Below are positions 47,403 through 56,440 of a stretch of 64,000 nt of DNA, piece after piece. How positions within the stretch are numbered: position 1 is the first letter of the stretch; every line of letters begins with the position of its first letter. The position numbers and the translations under genes were made by a program. The stretch covers positions 8,000 to 71,999 of the forward strand of contig JAIPBW010000004.1 of the NCBI GenBank assembly GCA_021738505.1, written 5' to 3'. The notes below the pieces were generated by a model. It had not been told where the DNA came from. It saw only the letters and a list, made by a program, of their open reading frames with translations, and did no database searches. Source of the stretch: Bacteroidales bacterium (GTDB lineage: Bacteria; Bacteroidota; Bacteroidia; Bacteroidales; PWNQ01).

Positions 47403-47813
47403 ATTAATCAACGGGTCGATTTTGTCCTTGATAATTTGCTTTAGCTTATCCGGATTGCTTTTAGCATTCATAAAAGCCTCATTAGTAATATTGATTTTTT
47501 TATCACCACTAACAATTAATAATGCTTGTCCTGGAGCCCCGACTTCTTCTGCTTTCTGTTCTCCTTCAGAGCTATCAAGGCTATAAACCTCAAAATTCAC
47601 ATCATCACCATACAATTCTTTAACAGCTTTTTCCGATTCGGACTCTACAGCCCGGCAGGTTGCACATCTGCGTGCGTTGTGGAAATAGTATACAAAAACT
47701 TCTTCCGCTTGCTTTACTGATGTATTTTTACTTTCATTATTCTTTTCTCCTGAGCAAGAAGCTGTAATGCACAAAAGAAATACACCTAAGGTTAAATACT
47801 TAATTACCTGCAT
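47400..47813 (-). CDS. thioredoxin-like CxxC lipoprotein (from memory, possibly the ArsF-family annotation)
   Basis: Track ORF 47400..48023 is trimmed to Met 47813 (MQVIKYLTLGVFLLCITASC, lipobox) because the 5' extension overlaps the well-supported 47819..48058 gene. It has redox motif RCATC after VFVYYFH. Confidence 0.55.
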   Translation of the reverse strand: MQVIKYLTLGVFLLCITASCSGEKNNESKNTSVKQAEEVFVYYFHNARRCATCRAVESESEKAVKELYGDDVNFEVYSLDSSEGEQKAEEVGAPGQALLIVSGDKKINITNEAFMNAKSNPDKLKQIIKDKIDPLIN

Positions 47814-47818
47814 AATAA

Positions 47819-48058
47819 TTATTGGTTTTGGGTTAATAATTCCTGAAGTTCTTTTTGTGACGGAACACGGCCTGAAAACACTACTTTTTCGTTTATGACT
47901 AATCCTGGCGTTTTCATAACACCATATTCCATTATCTTCATAATGTCTTCTTCTTTGGTTACATTGGCATCCATCCCTAGCTCTGTAACTGTTTCTCTTG
48001 TTAATTTTTCTAATGACTTGCACTTAGGGCAGCCGGTTCCTAAAATTGTTATTTCCAT
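47819..48058 (-). CDS. thioredoxin-fold redox-active disulfide protein 2 family
   Basis: 79 aa. MEITILGTGCPKC...YGVMKTPGLVINEKV has the same pattern as the protein at 44750..44998. Confidence 0.8.
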   Translation of the reverse strand: MEITILGTGCPKCKSLEKLTRETVTELGMDANVTKEEDIMKIMEYGVMKTPGLVINEKVVFSGRVPSQKELQELLTQNQ

Positions 48059-48079
48059 AATTACAATTTATTTATTGGT

Positions 48080-48394
48080 TTATATTGTTCTATTCTCGTC
48101 AAAAAGCTTGTAAAACAAGGTTTTTGCTTTTTCCCAGTTTTCTGTGTTTAAGCAATATTTTATGTAAGGAGGTTCAATTTCTCCCTGAATTAAGCCTGCA
48201 TATTTCAGTTCTTTGAGATGTTGCGAGAGAGTCGAACGTCCAACCGGTAATTCATCTACCAGATCGCCACTGTAGCAACAGGCATTCATCTGGGAGAGCT
48301 TTTGCAGGATATAAAGACGCACAGGATGACCCATTGCTTTGGCAAGCTTAGCCATTTCTGTTACTTCTCGCGATATTGTTTCATTCTTATCCAT
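48080..48394 (-). CDS. arsR: ArsR/SmtB family metalloregulator with vicinal Cys pair
   Basis: The track start 48400 is TTG, and the ATG at 48394 (MDKNETIS) is preferred. It has a winged-helix core (HPVRLYILQKL...TLSQHLKELKYAGLI) and ACCYSGDL at the position of the ELCVCDL metalloid site of plasmid R773 ArsR. Confidence 0.8.
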   Translation of the reverse strand: MDKNETISREVTEMAKLAKAMGHPVRLYILQKLSQMNACCYSGDLVDELPVGRSTLSQHLKELKYAGLIQGEIEPPYIKYCLNTENWEKAKTLFYKLFDENRTI

Positions 48395-48692
48395 GATCAA
48401 TTATCTATATTGTTGTTTCGCAAAATAACGAAATGATATCTGAACAACCAAATTTTTTTTGGATTTTTTTGTTTTAATTCGATCATCCGAATGATAAGCT
48501 TACCGGAGGTTTTTTATTTTGAAATAATAAAAAGCTTCTAACTATCAATGTTTAACAACCGATCACGGAATTATTATTCAGAAAATTAATATGTGATTAA
48601 GCTCTGAATTGACCACATATTCTTATCTTTATCTCCAATAAGAGTAGGTTTTTTTTAAAAGACGATATCACATTTAATTTAGTGTTTGATAA

Positions 48693-49343
48693 ATGACTCA
48701 TAAAATTACTTCAGAAAAAAGATTACATCCGGAGATTGTAGCAGTGCTATTTACCGGCTTATTGAAGTTTCCCATGATGGATTGGCTGAACTACCGGGCT
48801 TTCTATATCGTTGGAGTGATTTTTTTCTGGACTTATTTTATATATCGTAGTTATAAGAATGATCCAAAAGCACTAGAGCGATGGGGAATACAGAAAAAAA
48901 ACTTCCGTATTTCCATGTGGTCCTTATTGCCTTTTGCATTGATTGCAATACCTGCGATCTTATTTTATGGATGGCAAAATGATACGGTTTCTTATAATTG
49001 GCATTTACTACCGATATTAATTCTTTATCCCGTCTGGGGGACATTTCAGCAATTTATTGTTGCCAGTCTGGTAGCTGGCAATTTAAAATATAGTTCGGGA
49101 GCTCAGCTTAATGATTCCGGGATTATATTGTTTGTTGCCGCTTTATTTGCTTTGATGCACTCTTCTGATTGGGTTTTGGCTGCCTATGTGTTTGTTATGG
49201 AAGTATTCTTTTTATGGATCTTTCTACGATGGAAAAATTTATGGGCATTAGGAATCTACCATGGGATTGTTTCTGCTCTCTTTTTATTTTATGTTTCCGG
49301 GCGTGACTTATTCCAGGAATTGTTTACTGTTTTTAATGCCTGA
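48693..49343 (+). CDS. multi-TM protein resembling a CPBP (CAAX/Abi) intramembrane protease but with Gln-Gln in place of the catalytic Glu-Glu
   Basis: 216 aa with about 6 TM helices. WGTFQQFIV sits where CPBP motif 1 (EExxxR) lies, FALMHS fits motif 2 (FxxxH), and IYHGIVS fits motif 3 only partly. Confidence 0.35.
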   Translation: MTHKITSEKRLHPEIVAVLFTGLLKFPMMDWLNYRAFYIVGVIFFWTYFIYRSYKNDPKALERWGIQKKNFRISMWSLLPFALIAIPAILFYGWQNDTVSYNWHLLPILILYPVWGTFQQFIVASLVAGNLKYSSGAQLNDSGIILFVAALFALMHSSDWVLAAYVFVMEVFFLWIFLRWKNLWALGIYHGIVSALFLFYVSGRDLFQELFTVFNA

Positions 49344-49472
49344 TTATAACTGTAGCTTATTTTTTACTGACCTTAAGGGCAATAATAGTAATGACTGACA
49401 GACAACTGTAGGAATAAAATTGATAAAATACCTGAAACAGATAGTAGATGTTGAGGTTAATCAGAGTTGTTT

Positions 49473-50198
49473 TTAAATATGGAAAAATCGTTTTAACTCA
49501 GTACCTTTTTTTAGCCGGTAATGAATGAAAAATAGCAGTAGGGAAGCCGGCAGAACGGAGGCAAGAACGATTAAGCTCCAATGCAAGCTCCATTCTCCTG
49601 TTCGGTTCAACGAAATAAATAGTTCGGTTAACACAGACAGGATTGCAGCAGCCAAAAGAATATAGGCTATCATATTTAATCCTTTGTCATTTAGCTTTCT
49701 GATAATAACAAATAAAGCGATCCCTAAAACGTAAACGGCAACCAAAAGAGGAATTCCCAAATTCAGACTCCAACTTAAAGAGCCCTGATAATAATCAAGC
49801 AAGAAAAGTAAAATCACCGTTGATAAAAGGCTTCCACCCGATAGGACGTAAAGATTACGGGGTTTATACCAAATAAGTGTGATATTGGCAAATAATACAA
49901 GTATCACAGTAGTGGAATATTTTGACCACGTAATTTGGCTGTTAAATAACAAATCGATAATAATCGTAACAATTAAAGCGCTCATTAATATAATAGTGGA
50001 AATTTCCCATAAAAGTTTGCGCTTTTGAAGGTTACTCAACATGAGATAATCACTTAACCTTTTTTTCTTTGTTTTAGCTTTATTATCACTGAAATGCTCC
50101 TCGTTGTCACTTTCGATTGTGGATGCGGGATGACCGCATAAAGGACAGTAATTCATGTGCTTTTCAAGCTTAACACCACAGTTCTCGCAAGTAATCAT
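49473..50198 (-). CDS. zinc-ribbon N-terminal, polytopic membrane protein
   Basis: 241 aa. CENCGVKLEKHMNYCPLCGH (CxxC-N11-CxxC) is followed by a basic linker and about 6 TM helices. The start overlaps the upstream gene's stop (ATGA at 50195-50198). Confidence 0.6.
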   Translation of the reverse strand: MITCENCGVKLEKHMNYCPLCGHPASTIESDNEEHFSDNKAKTKKKRLSDYLMLSNLQKRKLLWEISTIILMSALIVTIIIDLLFNSQITWSKYSTTVILVLFANITLIWYKPRNLYVLSGGSLLSTVILLFLLDYYQGSLSWSLNLGIPLLVAVYVLGIALFVIIRKLNDKGLNMIAYILLAAAILSVLTELFISLNRTGEWSLHWSLIVLASVLPASLLLFFIHYRLKKGTELKRFFHI

Positions 50199-51520
50199 AA
50201 GTTTTCCTCCGTGCTATTATTTAATTGGTTTACAGGGATTCCGTTACTTTTTAACAGATTTAAAAAGGTATCTTCTAATAACATTGATTTTGTTATATTG
50301 CCAAAACTCAGCACCAGCTTATCTCCAAACCCAATAATACCGCAGCTTACTTTGAGGATTTTATTGGGTGGCGGTGGGGTAAATATAAAATAGTTGATCA
50401 GAGAAGAGGTTTCCTCAGGCAATTTGGCCTTTCCAAGATTGGTGACAACACCACTGTATTGGTTGGTCCCTTTTGTATAATAGTTTAGTCTCAGAATTAA
50501 AGATTTTAAAAATAACGGAATACTTTTAACATAGATCTTTTTCTCACTACCGACATTTCTTGAAATGTTTTTATTGATCAGTTTTTGATCTGTTTCCAGT
50601 CGAATTTGATGGTGCACAACTTTCAATATTTCATCAAAAGTATAATGGCCCAACCGTAGATCTATTTCCGGCATAACAAACAATGAGAAATTACGCATGC
50701 TGTTTGATGGAAAGATATTTCTAAGATTCACCGGAACCTGTATGCGAATTTTTTTATTTCGTGTTTTTTTACCTTTACTTTTTCGGTTTTCATAAATTGC
50801 TTGCAGACTGCACATATATGTAGCCACTACATAGTCAGTAATGCTGACATTTTTATGATCGGCTGCTGCTTTAATCTGTTTTAATGAAATCATGTATTGA
50901 CTACTGTGAAAACGTGGCCTGTTATTCAGAGAAAATGGAAGATGAAATGCAGCACTTTGGCTTACCATAGGAGGTATGTCCTGCTGAAAATAACGCTTGT
51001 ATGAATCTTCATATTCTTCTTCGGAAATGGTATACTCCGTAAGTGGCATGTGATTTACCGTATCCGTATTTTCAAGTTCTTCTTTATAAAACGATAAAAG
51101 TGTTTTGAAAAAATAAAATGCGCCGCCACCATCAGTCAAAATATGGGCAAATTCAACACTGATGTTCTTGTCTTTAACCAAGATCCGGATTAAAAGTCCG
51201 TCATTGGGAAAAAAACGGCATGGTTGCTTGTCGTCAGGTTCAATTGGGATAGGGGAAGGGTAATATTCCAGATAATACCAGAAAAAGCCTTCTTTGAGTC
51301 TTACCAAAAAATAGGGAAATCGTTTTTCTACCCTGGAAACAGCCTTCATTAATGCGGAAATGGATACGGTTTCATTTAAGATTGCCGTTAAACGAAAGAC
51401 CGTACTCATTTCTTTCGTCATTACAGCAGGGAATATTTTCGCTGCGTTGTCGAGTCTTAACCAGAACTTGTTGGTATCAGATGTATTATGAGATAATGTT
51501 TTATTTTCCAAATAATTCAA
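50195..51520 (-). CDS. HxxxDG-motif acyltransferase (condensation / alcohol acetyltransferase-like superfamily)
   Basis: 441 aa. EFAHILTDGGGA contains the HxxxDG catalytic motif, and the size and N-terminal LDNAAKIFPAV resemble AATase/PapA5/WS-DGAT-type enzymes. Confidence 0.6.
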   Translation of the reverse strand: MNYLENKTLSHNTSDTNKFWLRLDNAAKIFPAVMTKEMSTVFRLTAILNETVSISALMKAVSRVEKRFPYFLVRLKEGFFWYYLEYYPSPIPIEPDDKQPCRFFPNDGLLIRILVKDKNISVEFAHILTDGGGAFYFFKTLLSFYKEELENTDTVNHMPLTEYTISEEEYEDSYKRYFQQDIPPMVSQSAAFHLPFSLNNRPRFHSSQYMISLKQIKAAADHKNVSITDYVVATYMCSLQAIYENRKSKGKKTRNKKIRIQVPVNLRNIFPSNSMRNFSLFVMPEIDLRLGHYTFDEILKVVHHQIRLETDQKLINKNISRNVGSEKKIYVKSIPLFLKSLILRLNYYTKGTNQYSGVVTNLGKAKLPEETSSLINYFIFTPPPPNKILKVSCGIIGFGDKLVLSFGNITKSMLLEDTFLNLLKSNGIPVNQLNNSTEENL

Positions 51521-51650
51521 CGGTTGAAATGCGATTGTTCAAATATAATTGTCTACTAACTAGAAAACAAATTTTATCTTTATTGTTTTCGAAAATCTTA
51601 TACAAACTACGAAGATAGATCATACTGTTGTCTATCTATAAAAATATAAA

Positions 51651-51686
51651 ATGGACAATCCGAAAAATTATATCCGGATTGTCCAT
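51651..51686 (-). terminator. hairpin after the abgT-family gene (probable terminator)
   Basis: ATGGACAATCCG (51651-51662) pairs perfectly with CGGATTGTCCAT (51675-51686) across a 12-nt loop. The minus strand continues TTTATATTTTTA. Confidence 0.6.
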
Positions 51687-51710
51687 GAAATAAACTGCGT
51701 TTTATAAATT

Positions 51711-53249
51711 TTACTGACCTATAAATACCGGGCCATCCGGGCCTAAAGGCAGACCGGTTAGCAGCCAGAGAACGAGTAATAGCGTCCAGGCTATTGCAAG
51801 AGCTACAGAATAGGGTATCATTGTAGAGATGATTGTTCCGATTCCGTTTTTCTCATCATATTTTTGAGCAAATGTAACAATGAGCGCAAAATAACTCATC
51901 ATTGGGGTGATCAGATTTGTTATTGAATCTCCAATACGGAACGCTGCTTGTGTAATCCCCGGATGATAAGGCGGGTCAATCAGCATTAGCATCGGGATGA
52001 AAACGGGCGCCATAATCGCCCATTTAGCAGATGCTGACCCCATGAACATATTTATGAGTGCTGATAAAAACACAAAACCAACAATCAGTGGAATGCCTGT
52101 GAGACCGATATCAGTCAATGTTTTAGCTCCTTTAATGGCAAAAATAATTCCAAGGTTACTGTAATTGAAGAAGTAGACAAACTGCGCGGCAAAAAACACA
52201 AGAACGATATATCCTGCCATTCCACCCATAGATTTTGTAATATGTTTTACTACATCTTTATCATTTTTTATAGTGCCTACTGTAATCCCATATATCATTC
52301 CCGGTATAAAAAATAAGATAAGGATACCGATTATAATTCCATCAAAAAATGGAGACTTTAAAATTCCTCCGGTTTCGGGGTTGCGGAGTATTCCATTTTC
52401 AGGTATTACACTAAAAGCTAATAAGGCAATAGTTATAAGCACACCAATCCCTGCCCGCTTAAGACCTTTGCTTTCCAGAGGTGTCAGTCTTTCAATAGGA
52501 ATACGTTCTGCACTACCTTTATATTCTCCTAACCTGGGTTCAACAATTTTTTCAGTAACCCATGTGCCCACAATAATCACAAGAAAAGAGGACAGAAACA
52601 TAAAGTAATAGTTAACAGCAGGGTTAACAGATATGTCGGGAATGATGATTTGAGCAGCGGTTTCCGAGATTCCTGCTAGAATAGGATCTATAGAGCCAAT
52701 AAAGAAGTTAGAGCCAAATCCACCGCTAACACCAACAAAAGCGGCAGCTAATCCGGCCATTGGATGTCGTCCTAAAGCATGAAAAACTAATGCTCCTAAA
52801 GGAATTAGAACAACATACCCGGCTTCACTTGCAAGGTGTGAAATGATACCAGCTGTAACGATAGAAGCTGTAATGAGTCTTGGTGGACTTTTTAAAACAA
52901 GCGCACGGATCATCAGGGTAAATAGACCGGAACCTTCTGCAACGCCAATACCAATCATGACGACCAGAACATAGCCCAGTGGCGGAAACTTAAGAAAGTT
53001 ATCCAGGATATTCGAATACATCCAGCGAAATCCATCGGCACTAAGAAGGTTTTGAGCTTCTATTATTTCTCCGCTAACAGGGTGAGTCGCTTGTACATTA
53101 AACAGGTAGCCCAGAAAAGAGACAATGATGACAAATAGAGCTAATAAGGCGAAAATAGTGGCGGGGTGGGGTAAACGGTTTCCTACGACTTCAATACCGT
53201 CTAATACTTTTGTGAATAGGGTCTTCTTTTTGATTTCTTGCTTCTCCAT
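51711..53249 (-). CDS. AbgT family transporter (p-aminobenzoyl-glutamate / antimetabolite transporter family)
   Basis: 512 aa and polytopic. The N-terminal LDGIEVVGNRLPHPATIFALLA and overall organisation are typical of AbgT/MtrF/YdaH. Confidence 0.85.
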   Translation of the reverse strand: MEKQEIKKKTLFTKVLDGIEVVGNRLPHPATIFALLALFVIIVSFLGYLFNVQATHPVSGEIIEAQNLLSADGFRWMYSNILDNFLKFPPLGYVLVVMIGIGVAEGSGLFTLMIRALVLKSPPRLITASIVTAGIISHLASEAGYVVLIPLGALVFHALGRHPMAGLAAAFVGVSGGFGSNFFIGSIDPILAGISETAAQIIIPDISVNPAVNYYFMFLSSFLVIIVGTWVTEKIVEPRLGEYKGSAERIPIERLTPLESKGLKRAGIGVLITIALLAFSVIPENGILRNPETGGILKSPFFDGIIIGILILFFIPGMIYGITVGTIKNDKDVVKHITKSMGGMAGYIVLVFFAAQFVYFFNYSNLGIIFAIKGAKTLTDIGLTGIPLIVGFVFLSALINMFMGSASAKWAIMAPVFIPMLMLIDPPYHPGITQAAFRIGDSITNLITPMMSYFALIVTFAQKYDEKNGIGTIISTMIPYSVALAIAWTLLLVLWLLTGLPLGPDGPVFIGQ

Positions 53250-53253
53250 AAGG

Positions 53254-53457
53254 CTATCCGGTTTTAAAGTAATTTAAATTGTTGATAAAACTATTAATCG
53301 GTATGTGTTGCAGGTGAAAGTTCACCAGGCGTTTTATAACAAACTTTAGCGTTTGATAATGTTCTTTTAATTTGTCGGGAGGTTCCGGTTTTGCTCCATC
53401 ATTAATCTGCAAGAAGGATGGATTAATAACTAGTGGGATCCAATTTTTTTGTGTCAT
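53254..53457 (-). CDS. possible small protein upstream of the AbgT gene
   Basis: 67-aa ORF ending 4 nt before the AbgT start. No recognisable motif. Supported only by position. Confidence 0.25.
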   Translation of the reverse strand: MTQKNWIPLVINPSFLQINDGAKPEPPDKLKEHYQTLKFVIKRLVNFHLQHIPINSFINNLNYFKTG

Positions 53458-53790
53458 AATAAATCTATTTTTAATTGTTTTTATTGCATTACTTGCTCTG
53501 CAGCTGGAGTTAATTCTCCAGCTTTAATAAATCTGTTTTGCCGGATGTAGAGTGAATGATCTTTAAAATAATAAAATGTTCGTATGCGTTCTTATTGAAT
53601 ATGTTAGATTAATCATTTATATTTATAAATAAATGGACAATAAAATACCAGGTAAATATTTCACCTGGTAATCATCAGTCATTAAGAATGGACAAATATA
53701 TAATATTTGAACATATCTAATAAGAAAAAGTGATTTTTTTGATCAGAGCATTGTCAACTTCAACAGGAGTTTAGAGAAATTCCGGAATAC

Positions 53791-53824
53791 AAAAAAAACG
53801 CGATCCATTTGGGTCGCGTTTTTT
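53791..53824 (-). terminator. intrinsic terminator after dnaN (bidirectional architecture)
   Basis: AACGCGATCC (53797-53806) pairs with GGGTCGCGTT (53811-53820) with one G-U pair and a 4-nt loop. It is flanked by an A8 run upstream and a T6 run downstream. Confidence 0.8.
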
Positions 53825-53846
53825 GATCCTATTTTTTCGTTGATGT

Positions 53847-54971
53847 TTATGAATTCAGCATTACAGGCATAACAAGCATAAGAATATCTTCACCTTCCTG
53901 CTTTTCTCCCGGAATAATAAGTCCTGCACGCTCAGGCGTTGAAAGTTCAAAAACGACTTCATCTGTGGTGAGGTTGTTAAGCATTTCAATAATAAAGCGG
54001 GAATTGAAACCTATTTCCATGTCTTCTCCATCATAGTTGCATTGCAAGCGTTCTTTTGCTTCATTACTGAAATCTACGTCTTCGGCCGAAAGTACAAGCT
54101 CCTGTCCGGAAATACCAAAGCGTACCTGATGTGTCGATTGATTGGCAAAAATAGAAACACGCTTAATAGAATTCAGTAACGCTTCGCGTTCTAATGTGAG
54201 GCTATTGGTGTTATCCTTGGGAATAACAGCGTCATAATTCGGATATTTACCTTCAATCAGCCGACATATAACATTTACATTATTGAAATGAAAATAAGCA
54301 TTGGTTTCATTATACTGAACCTGAACATTTTCGTCATCGCCGGCAGATAAAATAGACTTCATTTGGTTCAACGGTTTTTTGGGAATAACAAACCTGTTGG
54401 AGACTCCGGGGGCATAGTCAGTGCGGCGATAGCGGACCAGTTTATGCGCATCCGTTGCTACAAATGTAATATCTTCTTCATTGAGTTCACATAGAACTCC
54501 CGACATGACCGGACGTAATTCGTCTGTACCGGTTGCAAAAATTGTTTTATTGATGGCAATAGCTAATGTATCTGCATTAATTTCAAATTCCTGAGCTTCT
54601 TCTATTACAGGCAATTGTGGGTATTCGTCAGCACGGTGACCGCTAAGTTTAAATTTACCTTCGTCCGTACTTAGCTCTATAGCCGAATCATCAAGGTTAA
54701 TATTAAAGGTAATTGGAATATCCGGGAAGGTTTTTAGCGTATCTAACAATATTTTTGCTGGAATAGCAATGTTTCCGACACCTTCACTTTGGGTCATCCC
54801 CACACTGACCTGCATTGTTGTTTCAAGATCGGAAGCCGTTACCTGCAGTTCGTTTTCTTTTATTTCAAAAAGAAAGTCATCCAGAATGGGCATGGTGTTG
54901 TTTGTGCTTAGCACACCGCTTATCGATTGCAGGTTTTTAAGCAGCAAAGTGCTGGATACAATGAATTTCAT
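53847..54971 (-). CDS. dnaN: DNA polymerase III subunit beta (sliding clamp)
   Basis: 374 aa. It has the three-domain clamp length and the N-terminus MKFIVSSTLLLKNLQSISGV...ILDDFLFE typical of DnaN. Confidence 0.95.
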   Translation of the reverse strand: MKFIVSSTLLLKNLQSISGVLSTNNTMPILDDFLFEIKENELQVTASDLETTMQVSVGMTQSEGVGNIAIPAKILLDTLKTFPDIPITFNINLDDSAIELSTDEGKFKLSGHRADEYPQLPVIEEAQEFEINADTLAIAINKTIFATGTDELRPVMSGVLCELNEEDITFVATDAHKLVRYRRTDYAPGVSNRFVIPKKPLNQMKSILSAGDDENVQVQYNETNAYFHFNNVNVICRLIEGKYPNYDAVIPKDNTNSLTLEREALLNSIKRVSIFANQSTHQVRFGISGQELVLSAEDVDFSNEAKERLQCNYDGEDMEIGFNSRFIIEMLNNLTTDEVVFELSTPERAGLIIPGEKQEGEDILMLVMPVMLNS

Positions 54972-55115
54972 ATTACTTGTGTTTTAGTTTTTATCTTAAA
55001 TAATTCATTAGATAAAATTACGGATTATTCAATCTTTTTTTGCATTTAAAACCGAAATCTTATAAAAAACTTTTCAACAACTATTCAAAACTCTTTTGCT
55101 GTGCTGTATCACTGG

Positions 55116-56177
55116 TTAATTGGTGATATTGGGCTGAAAATAGCTTAATCTACGCGTAAGGTGGTCAAACGTATAGTATTGCACTAAGGCAAAGTCTTGC
55201 TCGTTATTAAACAAGGCATAGAGTCGATCCGGATCGTGCTTTAATTCACGTGAATATTGATTTGAAAGCCCTTTGGGCGGACGGCGTAAGTATGTTTTTA
55301 TAGTCTTTTTGTTGTCTTGCGCATCCGTTAATTGTATTGTGTGTTGCGGTGTTGAATTGATGATGGAATCTTTTTTATCAAAATCATTTAACAAATCCTC
55401 AAAATTGATTGAACTAAACGAGGATAGAAAATCCAAAACCTTTAATGTATCAAAAGGAGCAATTGTTTGATTGCTTGACAATTTAATGAGTTTGAATGTG
55501 TTTTTATCTGGTTTTTCAATTCTAAAAGACTCTTTCGGTTGACTATGATGATGAACTTCAATACTTTTTATCTCATTGATGTTTTTAGCCAGAATGGTAT
55601 GGTCGCGCCATTTGTCTGGCTTTGCTTTAAACCTGGGGGTTAAATATCCACGAAATCCGGGGATATAAACGACAAAGGGCGTTGCGGAACCATCCTTAAC
55701 CATATAGGTTCCCCTGTTGTTTTGTGTAGCATCACCTACATAAAACACTTTAGTGTTGCGTTCTTTCGTGAAGAAGTCAATGTTCAAAAACGTAAATAAG
55801 GGTTTGGTTTGATAGATTTCTACCTTAACGCCGATAGAAGAAAGGCGTTTCACTACATTATCATGCTCACTTTTGGATACGGGCCGTTGGATATCCATCT
55901 TTTTTAGAGTTTCCAGCAAAATACCCACGGCATCATCCGATGCTTTATAGTTGTCATTTACATACCAGCCACTATTCTTCCGGTTAAGTATAACCTCGCC
56001 CGAGTCTTTTTTCGCCAAAAAAATCTTTGTTACAGACGATGTATCTTCAACAGCAAAAACATTGCCTTCTCTGTTGATTGTACTATTGCTTTGTTTTAAC
56101 AGTAAAACGATTGCGATTACAGCTAAGATAACAACGGAAAAAATTAATACCCAGTTTTTTTTCAAAAAATGATTCAT
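55116..56177 (-). CDS. DUF4340 domain protein (GldG-associated)
   Basis: 353 aa with an N-terminal TM anchor. It lies immediately downstream of gldF-gldG, the usual position of DUF4340 proteins. The assignment is mainly by synteny. Confidence 0.55.
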   Translation of the reverse strand: MNHFLKKNWVLIFSVVILAVIAIVLLLKQSNSTINREGNVFAVEDTSSVTKIFLAKKDSGEVILNRKNSGWYVNDNYKASDDAVGILLETLKKMDIQRPVSKSEHDNVVKRLSSIGVKVEIYQTKPLFTFLNIDFFTKERNTKVFYVGDATQNNRGTYMVKDGSATPFVVYIPGFRGYLTPRFKAKPDKWRDHTILAKNINEIKSIEVHHHSQPKESFRIEKPDKNTFKLIKLSSNQTIAPFDTLKVLDFLSSFSSINFEDLLNDFDKKDSIINSTPQHTIQLTDAQDNKKTIKTYLRRPPKGLSNQYSRELKHDPDRLYALFNNEQDFALVQYYTFDHLTRRLSYFQPNITN

Positions 56178-56440
56178 AATTACATTTTATTATTTTGTGT
56201 TATGGTTACCCCGTCATATTTGCGTGGGACTTACATGCAGTAGCTTAACATTAATCATTTTCCTGTGTGGTTAAGGCTATCATGTTCGTTTCCTATTGGT
56301 TGCAAGTAATTTTGCATATTCATTGTAAAGCATTAGTAACTTGCAGGGCAAATAAATACGCTCTTTTATGTTTCTTTATTGTGGTACTTATTTTTTTATA
56401 ATCGAAAAATAAACGATCTTTTCAATACTAAAGTCCTATT

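Noticed and set aside
47814-48023. 5' extension of track ORF 47400..48023 (MQVIRKINKRNSYRARDGCQCNQ...)
   Set aside because: It overlaps in another frame the well-supported Thioredoxin_3 gene 47819..48058, and it is basic and low-complexity. The internal Met 47813 gives a clean lipoprotein signal peptide, so only 47400..47813 is called.
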